In this document: positions 1-9,477 of the stretch, piece by piece | How positions within the stretch are numbered: the stretch's first letter is position 1 | How the letters are laid out: each line of letters begins with the position of its first letter | From: an uncultured virus (IMG/VR IMGVR_UViG_3300026095_000001) | Taxonomy: Duplodnaviria; Heunggongvirae; Uroviricota; Caudoviricetes; Crassvirales | Strand: one strand, 5' to 3' | Length of the DNA: 20,000 nucleotides | IMG/VR virus record: IMGVR_UViG_3300026095_000001 | Made by a program: the position numbers and the translations under genes | Notes under the pieces: model-generated | Seen by the model: only the letters and a program-made list of their open reading frames with translations | The model's database searches: none | Told to the model about the DNA's origin: nothing

Positions 1-1
1 C

Positions 2-3000
2 GCCAATAGCTACATCATGGGTCACCAGTATTATAATCAACTGGTGCAGCAGGGGGTTCTTCCCGGCGATGCCGCGCACAAGGCCGACCAACTGATCACA
101 AAGAATCTTCTTACTGATATGGTCATGACGCCGTTGCAGATGGGGCTATTGAAAATGCCAATGGGGAACGCAGCAGCAAAAATCCTTGGATATGGCGCGG
201 AGGGGTTGACATCCGGCGTGCATTTCACCATTCAAGATTTCAACCAAAAGAACACCGATAATCCCGCGATGCACATCATTGATTATTTGCAAAGCGGCGA
301 TTGGAAGGAACCGATGTTAACGGGGGCTGTGCTTGGCACTATGCAAAAGGCGGCGGTCGATGGGCTACACAATTGGTCCGTGAATTCCGAGACAAAAAAC
401 ATGTTCAGCTATGGGCGAAAATACGGCACGGATGTGCGGAATAGTTTGCCCAGCAATGAGACGATTGCCAACAATGTATTGTCGGCCATTGAAATGAGAG
501 ATACCCCTGGAAGGCCACAGGAGCTAAAGGACTTAGTCGATGCCATGCAAGAAACCGGCGTATACCGGGAGCATGAGGCAAAGCGCGTCAAAGACATTAT
601 TGATGATGTCGTAGCGGCAAAAGCAATGACGCCGAAGTTCGGGAACCCACTCCAGCGAATGGCAGTTTTCAATGAATTGTTGAACATTCGAAGTGCCAAT
701 GAATTCAAAGAAAATGCAGGCGGAGAAGCGGGCGAAAAATATATCAATCAGCTGAATAAAGTTAGTGAAGCCAGGATACAGCGGATCATGGCAGATGAAG
801 AACCGTTGTATTTTATCAACGGCAACGAAACGAATAAGATACAACTTATGCGCGCGCTGGAGGAGAATCCTGAGTTGCTTTCCAGTAAAGCGGTGCGGAT
901 CGATGTTCGCAATGATCCTACTACGCAAAAACAAATAGCCGATTTAAAAACAAAGCAAGATGCCATTCAAAAGCAAAGCACAGCAAAGGCTGATGTTCGC
1001 CCTGCATCCAGCGATAGCGAAGCGGTGGGCGGACGAAATGAAGGCCAAAGGGCAATCGATAAAAAAGCTTCCGGAGAAGAAGCCAACGCCGACCAGAGGG
1101 TAGAAGAAAGTCGACACAGCCTCACCCCACATGATGAGCAGGGGATTGTTTCCGGACAAAACCAGCTCGGTCTATCAGATGAGGGCGTAGTAAAAGCCCA
1201 TGAACTAAAAGATGAAGTGCGAGCTAATAAAAACGTTACGAAGGTCATCTCCAGCGATTTAGCCAGGGCGAAAGAAACGGCGGACATTGTTGGCGGAGAC
1301 GACATCCCCGTCGAAACACGACCCGAATTGCGCTCATGGGACCTCAAAGATTTCAGCGGGATGAAAGACAAAGATTTCAAGGAAGTCTTAAAATGGTTCG
1401 GCGATCACCCAAATGAAGTAAAATACCAGGGGGATATCGAAAGCGCGAAAGGGAAAGAGCTGGGGGAAAGCTTGAATGATTATGCCAACAGAGCCATTAA
1501 AGCCCGTCAGGATGTGGAAGATAATGATCCCGGTTCATTCCTTATCAGCCACTCCAACAACATGAATGTATGGGAAGCGTATAAGGCTAATGGGCGGGTA
1601 TGGGATGAGCATGCTATTAAAGATTATATCTCTCGACCCTCTCCGGAGCCAGCAACGATTCAACCAACGGAAGCAGAAAATGCCACGGGTCACCAAGTTG
1701 TAAATGATATCGAGAGCGGCAAGATATCGGATGAACAATTAAAGGACACCGCTCGTCTATTCATAGAAGATGAAGCATACCAACCAGAGCCCGCTGATGC
1801 GATTTATGCACCTGATGCAGCAAAAGCCGGAAATAATGAACCTGATGAAGCATCTCGACAGTACTCAAAAAGAAAAGGTCCTGAAAAATATGTTCCGCCA
1901 TCTGGCGAAGGGGGCGAGCCTCCAAACCAAGATTCAGGCGCCGAACCCCTTCCCGAAAGTGGAGGCACCCCCGACGCGTCTAGGTTGACACGTAACGCTA
2001 AGCAGCTTCTAATAGCCGGTCGTACAGACGATCAGATTGTTACCTATCTCAAACGCAAAGGGCTGGGCGAAGAGGAGGCATTGGCAGCATTAGGTGCGGC
2101 AAAGGCAAATCCAATTGATGAGCAACAAAAAGCAAAGTCGATCCAGGAAGTAATGGATAAATACTTCGGCAAAGAGGATGACTGGCTAGGTAATAAAGAG
2201 CTGGCGAAGGTTAATTCGCAACAAACCACCAGAGAATACCATGAGGCTTTAAAAGAGTCCGTTAAGCAGGACAATACGCAGAAAGGTACATCCTGGAAGG
2301 ATGTAGACAAGGCCATACAGATTTATCTGGATAGTAAGCGAAATCCGGAACATATCAAGATGTACTATGATAAGCTCACACCTGATCAAAAAAAGATTGT
2401 TGATCTATCACAGCATTTAAATGAACGTCAAAAAGAAATTGCGGATGCCATTCGGGAGGAGTATGATGCGATTGGGCAACAGGCAAAAGACGCGTCTTTA
2501 ATTAAAGACGTTATCGATAACTATGTAGCCAGGGCCTGGGAGCTTAGGAATGGTAAACCAGCCACACAAGAGAACTTCAAATTCAATACGTCTAGTAAGC
2601 ACCAATTACAAAGAACACTAGAAACCATTTTGCAGGGTTACGCGGAAGGGATGAAGTTGAAAATTGAGGGGGCCACCAATAACCTTCACGTCTTAAAACA
2701 AGAAATCAACAACGTCATAGAGAATCGTAGGTTGTTGGAGCAGGGACTTTCGCTGAAATACGCCTCTGGAGAAAAATATCCCAGCGGTGGCCGCATAAAG
2801 AAAACATTGTTTTCTACAACGGCAGAACCAGGATATAAAAAAATAGAATCCGGCGCTTTTAAAAAGTGGGAATATGCTGGCAAATTAAAAGATTACCCTG
2901 AACAGGAAGCGGTCGCGCTAGGTCGGCGAAAGGATATTCTCGTTACAGAGGATGGAGTTGTAATGAAGAAAGCAGATGTTTATGCGCCCGAAGAGGTTGC

Positions 3001-4420
3001 AAAGTCGTTGAACAATATCCTCGCTAGTCGCAGGTCATCCAGCGGGTTCGTGAATGGGATTGCGGCTTTTAACAGCGCAGTGAAACAATCCATCTTATCG
3101 TATTCTGGATTTCACTTTATTGCCTTTACGCGGGCGCATGTCCTTAGTACCAAATTCAGCAAGCCTGCCGACGTCTCGCCGATCACGGCATATAAGGCGG
3201 GGCTGCAAATGTTGGCAGAACAGCATCCCATTGGTCAGAAGCTGATCCAGAAGGGGATGACACTTAACCGTCAACCGGATTGGGTTGAAGGAGTTGAGGC
3301 GCACAATACATGGCTAGGAAAGCAAATGGATAGGCTCTCCTTTACGAAGGCAGCGAAAGATAAGTTAATTGATCTCAATACGCAGTTTCATCACTATCTG
3401 TTTAATACCTACGGAGCCGGTCTGAAAATGTTTGACGGCGTAAACATGGTAAAGCAGGAGCTGGCAAAGAATCCAAATGCCAATCCGGATGAAGTATATG
3501 CCCGCGTGGCAAAACTAATGAATGATACGTACGGCGGTATCAACTGGGATCGGATGAGAGGGACCCACATGCAAAACCCGACCAACCGCCGAGTGGCCAG
3601 TATGTTGCTCCTGGCCCCCGATTGGACCGCGAGCAATTTACGAATGGCGCGAAAATTTTTTGCGCGGGGGGATGAAGGGGGATTGTACCGCAGAGCATGG
3701 GGGCGAGTCCTGCTACGGGGGGCTATGCTGACGACAGCAGCCAATGCAATTATGGCAGTTTGGGATGACAAAGATGATAACGGAAACGACCTCACCTGGA
3801 CAGAAGCCATGCAGCGAAGGTATTCCAAATCGTGGGAGTTGGGTAAGCTGCGCTCTACTATGATTGATATTACCCCTCTCTACCGTGCCATCGGTGGCGA
3901 CTCACAGAAACGTGCATACTTCAGCATTTTCGGAGCATACACCGATCCCATTAAGATGCTGACAAATCCAACTGATTTTTTGGAAAGCAAGGGATCATTT
4001 GTATCAAAGGTCGGCCTAGAAGCGCTCACTGGTCAGAATTGGCAACATCGAGAGTTTACTACACTCGATGAACTATTAGGCATGGATGATAAGGGAACTT
4101 TTACCAAAGCCATGCGAGAGCACAAGAAAGGAGAAATTAGCCCTACGACGGGAAAGCCCTATGTAAAGGATCAAGCAGGGCACGCAGCTGGCGAGGAAAA
4201 AGGCGGCAAATTAACTGGGGAATTAACAAAGTGGCCGCAAGGCGGCGCCCATCCAGTCACCTGGATGCAGGCGCCCGCATTCATCCTGAATGAAGTCCGA
4301 GGGATGATGCCTACGGCTGTTCAAAGCATGTGGCAAATCGCAGACGGGGAGAATGATATGGCCACGGGAATTTTGAATGCAGCCGGTTCAGGTGTGCTAA
4401 CCAATAAAGAAAAGAAATGA
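2..4420 (+). CDS. Giant virion/ejection (large polyvalent-type) protein, 5'-truncated, with an internal histidine phosphatase domain
   Basis: The frame is open from the window edge (gcc aat agc tac atc ATG17), so the protein is at least 1472 aa. It is largely helical with disordered linkers. The C-terminal region (..KVGLEALTGQNWQHREF..) resembles the C-termini of phage large polyvalent/internal virion proteins (LPD38-like, tentative). It lies next to the head genes. Confidence 0.7.
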   Translation, partial: ANSYIMGHQYYNQLVQQGVLPGDAAHKADQLITKNLLTDMVMTPLQMGLLKMPMGNAAAKILGYGAEGLTSGVHFTIQDFNQKNTDNPAMHIIDYLQSGDWKEPMLTGAVLGTMQKAAVDGLHNWSVNSETKNMFSYGRKYGTDVRNSLPSNETIANNVLSAIEMRDTPGRPQELKDLVDAMQETGVYREHEAKRVKDIIDDVVAAKAMTPKFGNPLQRMAVFNELLNIRSANEFKENAGGEAGEKYINQLNKVSEARIQRIMADEEPLYFINGNETNKIQLMRALEENPELLSSKAVRIDVRNDPTTQKQIADLKTKQDAIQKQSTAKADVRPASSDSEAVGGRNEGQRAIDKKASGEEANADQRVEESRHSLTPHDEQGIVSGQNQLGLSDEGVVKAHELKDEVRANKNVTKVISSDLARAKETADIVGGDDIPVETRPELRSWDLKDFSGMKDKDFKEVLKWFGDHPNEVKYQGDIESAKGKELGESLNDYANRAIKARQDVEDNDPGSFLISHSNNMNVWEAYKANGRVWDEHAIKDYISRPSPEPATIQPTEAENATGHQVVNDIESGKISDEQLKDTARLFIEDEAYQPEPADAIYAPDAAKAGNNEPDEASRQYSKRKGPEKYVPPSGEGGEPPNQDSGAEPLPESGGTPDASRLTRNAKQLLIAGRTDDQIVTYLKRKGLGEEEALAALGAAKANPIDEQQKAKSIQEVMDKYFGKEDDWLGNKELAKVNSQQTTREYHEALKESVKQDNTQKGTSWKDVDKAIQIYLDSKRNPEHIKMYYDKLTPDQKKIVDLSQHLNERQKEIADAIREEYDAIGQQAKDASLIKDVIDNYVARAWELRNGKPATQENFKFNTSSKHQLQRTLETILQGYAEGMKLKIEGATNNLHVLKQEINNVIENRRLLEQGLSLKYASGEKYPSGGRIKKTLFSTTAEPGYKKIESGAFKKWEYAGKLKDYPEQEAVALGRRKDILVTEDGVVMKKADVYAPEEVAKSLNNILASRRSSSGFVNGIAAFNSAVKQSILSYSGFHFIAFTRAHVLSTKFSKPADVSPITAYKAGLQMLAEQHPIGQKLIQKGMTLNRQPDWVEGVEAHNTWLGKQMDRLSFTKAAKDKLIDLNTQFHHYLFNTYGAGLKMFDGVNMVKQELAKNPNANPDEVYARVAKLMNDTYGGINWDRMRGTHMQNPTNRRVASMLLLAPDWTASNLRMARKFFARGDEGGLYRRAWGRVLLRGAMLTTAANAIMAVWDDKDDNGNDLTWTEAMQRRYSKSWELGKLRSTMIDITPLYRAIGGDSQKRAYFSIFGAYTDPIKMLTNPTDFLESKGSFVSKVGLEALTGQNWQHREFTTLDELLGMDDKGTFTKAMREHKKGEISPTTGKPYVKDQAGHAAGEEKGGKLTGELTKWPQGGAHPVTWMQAPAFILNEVRGMMPTAVQSMWQIADGENDMATGILNAAGSGVLTNKEKK
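960..1103 (+). CDS. Overprinted 47-aa basic small protein (+1 frame inside the giant gene): MPFKSKAQQRLMFALHPAIAKRWADEMKAKGQSIKKLPEKKPTPTRG
   Basis: Read by hand from ATG960 to TAG1103. It matches the pattern MPFKS.AQ.R.M.A.HP.IAKRW......LPE that I recognise from small stand-alone phage ORFs. There is an A at positions -3, -6, -12 and -13 from the ATG, the Bacteroidota initiation context. Confidence 0.75.
   Translation: MPFKSKAQQRLMFALHPAIAKRWADEMKAKGQSIKKLPEKKPTPTRG
1100..1670 (+). other. Histidine phosphatase (phosphoglycerate-mutase-like, branch 1) domain within the giant protein
   Basis: Motifs appear in canonical order: RHSLT (RHG motif; R366/H367 counted from ATG17), GQNQLGLSDEG..KA, VISSDLARAKETA (R417), PELRSWDLKDFSG, GESLNDYANR, FLISH (H512). 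Confidence 0.85.
1770..1988 (+). CDS. Possible second overprinted small protein (72 aa, +1 frame)
   Basis: Same +1 frame and same aagATG context as 960..1103. The sequence looks like amphipathic helices, while the main frame here is a P/E/G/D-rich linker. No family recognised. Confidence 0.4.
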   Translation: MKHTNQSPLMRFMHLMQQKPEIMNLMKHLDSTQKEKVLKNMFRHLAKGASLQTKIQAPNPFPKVEAPPTRLG

Positions 4421-5007
4421 CCTATACCAAAAAAGCATTTGAACAATGCCAATTCAATCCGTTCCAAGGGGGCAAGCTTATATCGGCGTATCCGGTTTTG
4501 GCAGAAATCGTTGCGCCGGAATGGGCGAATGATGCGCACATCGATCTGCTGTTGCGCTATACCATTATGGTGTATGATCCGAAGAGCCCGATAGCCATTG
4601 CGGAACGGGACCTCAACTACCGCAAAGGCATCGCCATGGAACTGCTGGTAGTCGAAGATGAGGGGCTGAAAGACGCGCTCTTCACCTGTACGTATCCCAT
4701 CCTGGTAGACCTGACCGTGAAGTATTTAGTCCGGTTCGTTCGAAGTAAAGAGTGGGCAGCGATCTGTGCCATCGAATTCAAGTTTTGGGAAGCCATCCGT
4801 CTGATCATGCAGCCCATCAGTAACGAGAAAGAGGATAAGGCGCAGCTCGATGCGGCGAATAAAAAGGAGGTCCTATCTGCCTCCATTGACGAAGGGCTCA
4901 ACAAGATCGACCAGTATTATCGTCGATTCTTTGGCGAAGATGAAGAATTGTTGAACAAGGCTAAGAAGCGGTTGACGCCCGAGTTGATGGCCGGTAAAAT
5001 TACGTAG
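4417..5007 (+). CDS. Hypothetical phage protein, possible terminase small subunit (by position)
   Basis: 196 aa and helical. ATGA overlap with the upstream stop; ends 1 nt before TerL. The function is inferred from position only. Confidence 0.6.
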   Translation: MTYTKKAFEQCQFNPFQGGKLISAYPVLAEIVAPEWANDAHIDLLLRYTIMVYDPKSPIAIAERDLNYRKGIAMELLVVEDEGLKDALFTCTYPILVDLTVKYLVRFVRSKEWAAICAIEFKFWEAIRLIMQPISNEKEDKAQLDAANKKEVLSASIDEGLNKIDQYYRRFFGEDEELLNKAKKRLTPELMAGKIT

Positions 5008-5008
5008 G

Positions 5009-7027
5009 ATGTATTATCCCATAGAAGGGGGCAGCGTCGAATTGATCCAGGACTACCCTTGTCAGCTACCGCCTGTAGGCTATGGTAAGAACCGGCTAAC
5101 GGGAGAGCTGGAATACATTGGGGTCATTAAGACCGATCCGAAGAAGGAAAAGCAGAAATGGCGCCGCTTCGAACTGCCGAAAGACTATGCGAAAAAAAAG
5201 AAAGTAGAGGAAGCTCGACAAAAGGAGGACCCGGATCATTTTAACCCGGACCTGGAGAAGCTGCGGTCGCAACATTGGAAGTATCGCCTATGCGGCTTGT
5301 GGATATATATTAACGGCACTCCGACTTATATCCCATGGTCCTACTACATGTACCTCCAATGGTGTCCGTTGGATGTGGGTTATCCAGCGTACCGGGATAC
5401 AGATCGACGATTCTATTACGTGTGGGAATATTGTGTAGAGGACCCGCGTTGTGCTGGGCTGGTAGACATCGAGCGGCGGCGCATGGGAAAAACCTATAAG
5501 AGTGGTTCCATCTTGTTAGATCGGACTTCTATTGCTGCTCACCATCATGGTGGCATACAAAGCAAAACAGGTATGGATGCCAAGGCGGTGTTTTTAAAGA
5601 CGGTCGTGCCCTTCTTTAAAAAGTATCCGGATTTCTTTCGTCCGATTTACGATCAATCGAAAGGGCTGTCTCCGTCTACGGAATTGCGCTTCTTTCAGAC
5701 CACTATTCGCGGAAAGCGGTCCGATATGTTGATTGATCAGCCCGAACTGGAAAGCTGGATTGATTGGGGCAGTGCGGAGCCGTTCCATTATGATGGCTCC
5801 AAGCTGAACACCTATATCATGGATGAGTACGGTAAGACGCAGGAGGTATCCGTATGTGACCGATGGGACGTGGTGCGCTTCTGTTTGGATCAGGATGGTG
5901 AATGGTGTGGCAAGGCGCTACTGACGTCGACGATCGAGGAAATGGAGAACGGGGGTACGGAAGCCAAGCAGATTTGGGAGCAAAGCGATCCAAAACAGCG
6001 CGATGCGAACGGGAGAACGAAGACAGGATTGTACCGCTTCTTTTTACCGGCCTTTGAAACCACCTATTTTGATGAATTTGGCATGCCCGAAACGGAACGC
6101 GCCAAGACCTATTATCTGAATCAACGCGCCGGATTAGCGAACGAACCCCGGCAGCTGTCGTCCATGATCCGAAAGAACCCTTTTACCATTGAGGAGGCCT
6201 TTCGGATAGACGGCGACCGGTGTTTGTACGATTCCCAGAAGCTCAATGAACAACTCGATTGGCTGTCCTGGAGAGAGAACTTAGTGGAACGGGGGAATTT
6301 CGAATGGGAGAACGGCGCGCGGTTTACGAAAGTGATCTGGAAGAAAATGGTGAACGGGCGCTTTCAAATGCCGACGTCCTTCCAGTTTGAAAATCCCAAC
6401 GCTGTCATTCAGACAGCCGCCGGATACGCGCCGAACAATACCGTACGGTTTGCTATGGGATGTGACCCGTTTAAGTACGATAAAGTGAAGGATCAGCGCA
6501 GATCGAAATGCGCCGCCTATGCCTTTCAAAAGTTCAACCCGAATGATGAATTTTTCTCAGATGCTTTTGTCTGCCGATATACCTACCGCGCATCGACGAC
6601 CGGGATGCAATACGAGGATGTGCTAAAAATGGCGTGGTATTTCGGCTGTCAAATCCTTTTTGAAAGCAACGTGGATAATTGGAAAGAATATTTCCGTAAT
6701 CCAGCATTCAGCAAAGTGAATTGCTCCGCCTTCTTAATGACGTTGCCGGGAGAGACAGAACCAGGCCTATACAGTGATGGCGGTGGGCGCACCCATCAGC
6801 TGATCTGCGATCTCACCGAAGACTACATTGAAAAATATATCAAAAAGGTATTTTTCAAAGAGCTCATCAGCGATTGGCTGATTTTTAACCTGGACCGAAC
6901 AACCGAATTCGATGACTCCATGGGCAGCGGCCTTGCTCTTATTGGGGCACGGAAGAAGCTATACCGCACCAACAATGAACTTCATCGGGAAGTAACCGAC
7001 TTTATTAAAATTTATACCGCACTCTAA
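5009..7027 (+). CDS. terL: Terminase large subunit
   Basis: Walker A-like RRMGKT, Walker B YIMDEYGK, coupling motif LLTST, and RNase H-like nuclease motifs GCDP, ILFESN and FDDSMG. Directly upstream of the portal-like gene. Confidence 0.93.
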   Translation: MYYPIEGGSVELIQDYPCQLPPVGYGKNRLTGELEYIGVIKTDPKKEKQKWRRFELPKDYAKKKKVEEARQKEDPDHFNPDLEKLRSQHWKYRLCGLWIYINGTPTYIPWSYYMYLQWCPLDVGYPAYRDTDRRFYYVWEYCVEDPRCAGLVDIERRRMGKTYKSGSILLDRTSIAAHHHGGIQSKTGMDAKAVFLKTVVPFFKKYPDFFRPIYDQSKGLSPSTELRFFQTTIRGKRSDMLIDQPELESWIDWGSAEPFHYDGSKLNTYIMDEYGKTQEVSVCDRWDVVRFCLDQDGEWCGKALLTSTIEEMENGGTEAKQIWEQSDPKQRDANGRTKTGLYRFFLPAFETTYFDEFGMPETERAKTYYLNQRAGLANEPRQLSSMIRKNPFTIEEAFRIDGDRCLYDSQKLNEQLDWLSWRENLVERGNFEWENGARFTKVIWKKMVNGRFQMPTSFQFENPNAVIQTAAGYAPNNTVRFAMGCDPFKYDKVKDQRRSKCAAYAFQKFNPNDEFFSDAFVCRYTYRASTTGMQYEDVLKMAWYFGCQILFESNVDNWKEYFRNPAFSKVNCSAFLMTLPGETEPGLYSDGGGRTHQLICDLTEDYIEKYIKKVFFKELISDWLIFNLDRTTEFDDSMGSGLALIGARKKLYRTNNELHREVTDFIKIYTAL

Positions 7028-9396
7028 TGGCAGAAGAACAAGCAATGCAATCATACCCTCCTCACGACATTGATCCGAAGAAGAAAGACAAAGCCTGGGG
7101 GCTTCAATACGCGAAGGCTTGTTGGTATGACTGGAATTATACGATACCACGTACCGTATTCTACAACGCCGCCGATAAGTACGAGGAGCTTAGGTTGTAC
7201 GCGATCGGAAAGCAGCCTATCAATAAGTACAAAAAGTTGATGGGGGTAGATGAACAGACAAACCAAACTTATCTCAATCTGGATTGGACCGTGCGTCCCT
7301 TCATTGCACAGAAGCGCGATGTGGCCATTAGCAAGATGCTGCTGCAAGGGCATTCGGTCATAGCGACGCCTATTGATCCGACCGCTAAGGCGGAGTTAGA
7401 TCAGTTTTTCGCGGAAGCAAAGGCAAAGATCGCCATGCGGCAAGTGGCGCAGCAGACAAATCCGGAACTAGCACAGCATCCCCTGCTACAGCCCAATGCC
7501 GGGGAGCCCATGGATTGGGAAGAGATGCAAATGCGCGTCGATTTTGGGGAGCAATTCAACCGGGCGAAAGATGCAGAAGAGGCGATCCAATTGGGGTTCT
7601 ACGAGAATGACCTGGAGCTGTTCGAACAAAAGATATACGAAGATTTGTTTGATCTTGGTGTGGCCGGATATAAGGAATGGCTTGGAGACGACAACAAACC
7701 CAAATTCAGAAACGTCAATCCGGAAGCCGTCGTCACCAATTACTGCAAATGGAAGAACTTTAAGGACCTTATCCATGCAGGTGAAGTGATCGATGTTTCG
7801 CTCATCGATTTGGCGACCATGGAAAACGAGGACGGCACGACGACTTTTACGCAGGAAGAAATTGAAAGTATGAAAAACGCCGTGGCGGGGAAATGGAGCA
7901 ATCCTTCCATGGTAGGGCGGAGCACCAACTATTTCAAAGGCTATGATAAGTTCAAAGTAAAAGTGCTTGATCTCGAATTCTTTTCGTATAACATTCTCAA
8001 CTTCAAGGAATGGAAAGACAAACGTGGAAACACCCGATTCAAATTCAATGATGCGCTTCCCGACAAGCGGGATAACGATAAAACTAAGTACGACCAGCGA
8101 CGCGTGAAGGTGGTTTATTGTATCAAATGGGTTGTAGGGACCGACTACGCGTATGATTTTCACCTCAAGCAAGATATGAAGCGCAGTGTGGACCCCAAGA
8201 AAAAAGCGGAGACCTCGCTAAGCTATCGTTTTATCGCTCCCAATTTCTATGAAATGCGCGCCTTGGGCATGATGGAACGCCTTATGCCACTAATTGATGA
8301 ATATCAAATCGATATTTATAAGATACAGAACATTTCTAACCGCATTGTGCCGAATGGCTGGTGGATTGATTTAGATGCACTCGAAAACGTAGCATTGAAC
8401 AAGGGTGGGGAAAATATGAAACCGTTGGACCTGATTCAAATGTTCATGGAGACGGGGGTTTTGGTCGGGCGGTCGCAAGGGGTAATGGGTGACAACGTCA
8501 ACTACAAACCCATTATTCCCATACAAAACAGCATTGCATCCGAGATCGTGGCACTCTTTCAAAAGATGCAGATCACGATGAATCAAATACAGGCGATGAT
8601 CGGCCTCAATGACATTACGGATGCCAGCACACCCAGTCCCAAGCTGTTGAATGGCGTGGCGACGATGATGGATCAGGGGACGAATAATTCGCTTTATCCC
8701 ATGATCCTGGCTAAGAAATACCTCATGACCCAGCTGGCCAATGATGTCCTGATTCGTATTCAACAGGGGCTACGGAAGGGAGGCGTAAGCGGATATGCAC
8801 CGGCGCTGAATTCGAATACCCTTAAGTTCATGGAGATATCCAGCGCCCTCAGCCTGCGGGACTACGGGATCATGCTGGATGAGAAGCCTACCGATGAGCA
8901 AAAGCAAATGCTCATGCAGCAGTTGCAATTCGATATACAAAACGGATTTCTGGATACGTCCGATGCGTTTTACATTATCAACGTATATAATGTTAAGCAG
9001 GCACAACAGATACTTTCGTATAGGGCAAAACGCAATAAACAGGAGATGGAACAGGCCAAGCAGGCAGCAGCTATGCAGCAGCAGCAGGCGCAAGCGCAGC
9101 AAACAATGATGGCCGGGCAGGCACAGCAACAGCTCGAAGCACTGAAACACCACAATGCGATGGAATTGCAGATGCTAAAGGGTCAGCAAGCCATGGAAGA
9201 ACTGAAGCTGAAAATGGGTGTCCAGGCGCAAGCGGCGCAGCAAGCCAATCAGGTTAAACTGGCGGGCCATGTTATCCAGGCCAATACCCAGGAGAATATG
9301 CAGAAGCGAGAAATGGGGATGCCGGAGGAACAATTGCAGGGAGGACCGCCTGCACCGGATATAGAACGCAACATTCCGGAGGAGGCCATGACCTGA
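7027..9396 (+). CDS. Portal protein (podovirus type, with a Q/A/M-rich C-terminal coiled coil)
   Basis: 789 aa, coupled to TerL by a TAATG overlap. The N-terminus (K..WGLQYAKA..W) and the long Q-rich helical C-terminus fit large podoviral portals. Confidence 0.85.
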   Translation: MAEEQAMQSYPPHDIDPKKKDKAWGLQYAKACWYDWNYTIPRTVFYNAADKYEELRLYAIGKQPINKYKKLMGVDEQTNQTYLNLDWTVRPFIAQKRDVAISKMLLQGHSVIATPIDPTAKAELDQFFAEAKAKIAMRQVAQQTNPELAQHPLLQPNAGEPMDWEEMQMRVDFGEQFNRAKDAEEAIQLGFYENDLELFEQKIYEDLFDLGVAGYKEWLGDDNKPKFRNVNPEAVVTNYCKWKNFKDLIHAGEVIDVSLIDLATMENEDGTTTFTQEEIESMKNAVAGKWSNPSMVGRSTNYFKGYDKFKVKVLDLEFFSYNILNFKEWKDKRGNTRFKFNDALPDKRDNDKTKYDQRRVKVVYCIKWVVGTDYAYDFHLKQDMKRSVDPKKKAETSLSYRFIAPNFYEMRALGMMERLMPLIDEYQIDIYKIQNISNRIVPNGWWIDLDALENVALNKGGENMKPLDLIQMFMETGVLVGRSQGVMGDNVNYKPIIPIQNSIASEIVALFQKMQITMNQIQAMIGLNDITDASTPSPKLLNGVATMMDQGTNNSLYPMILAKKYLMTQLANDVLIRIQQGLRKGGVSGYAPALNSNTLKFMEISSALSLRDYGIMLDEKPTDEQKQMLMQQLQFDIQNGFLDTSDAFYIINVYNVKQAQQILSYRAKRNKQEMEQAKQAAAMQQQQAQAQQTMMAGQAQQQLEALKHHNAMELQMLKGQQAMEELKLKMGVQAQAAQQANQVKLAGHVIQANTQENMQKREMGMPEEQLQGGPPAPDIERNIPEEAMT

Positions 9397-9466
9397 TGTA
9401 CGGTTCCTTGTAGACTTCTGGGGTGAAAGGCGCATTTTCGTCGCGGGTAACACCTCATCTTACTGC

Positions 9467-9474
9467 TACATTTG
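9467..9474 (+). promoter_or_regulatory. Bacteroidota sigma-A -7 element (TAnnTTTG), possibly driving a leaderless mRNA
   Basis: TACATTTG in the portal-downstream intergenic gap, 3 nt before ATG9478. No clear -33 element. Confidence 0.5.
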
Positions 9475-9477
9475 AGG

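Noticed and set aside
1680..1703. Third +1-frame micro-ORF (MPRVTKL) with an A-rich upstream region
   Set aside because: Only 7 codons; indistinguishable from chance.
9040..9300. CAG/GCA-rich quasi-repeats
   Set aside because: Explained by the Q/A/M-rich coiled coil of the portal; not a DNA repeat array.
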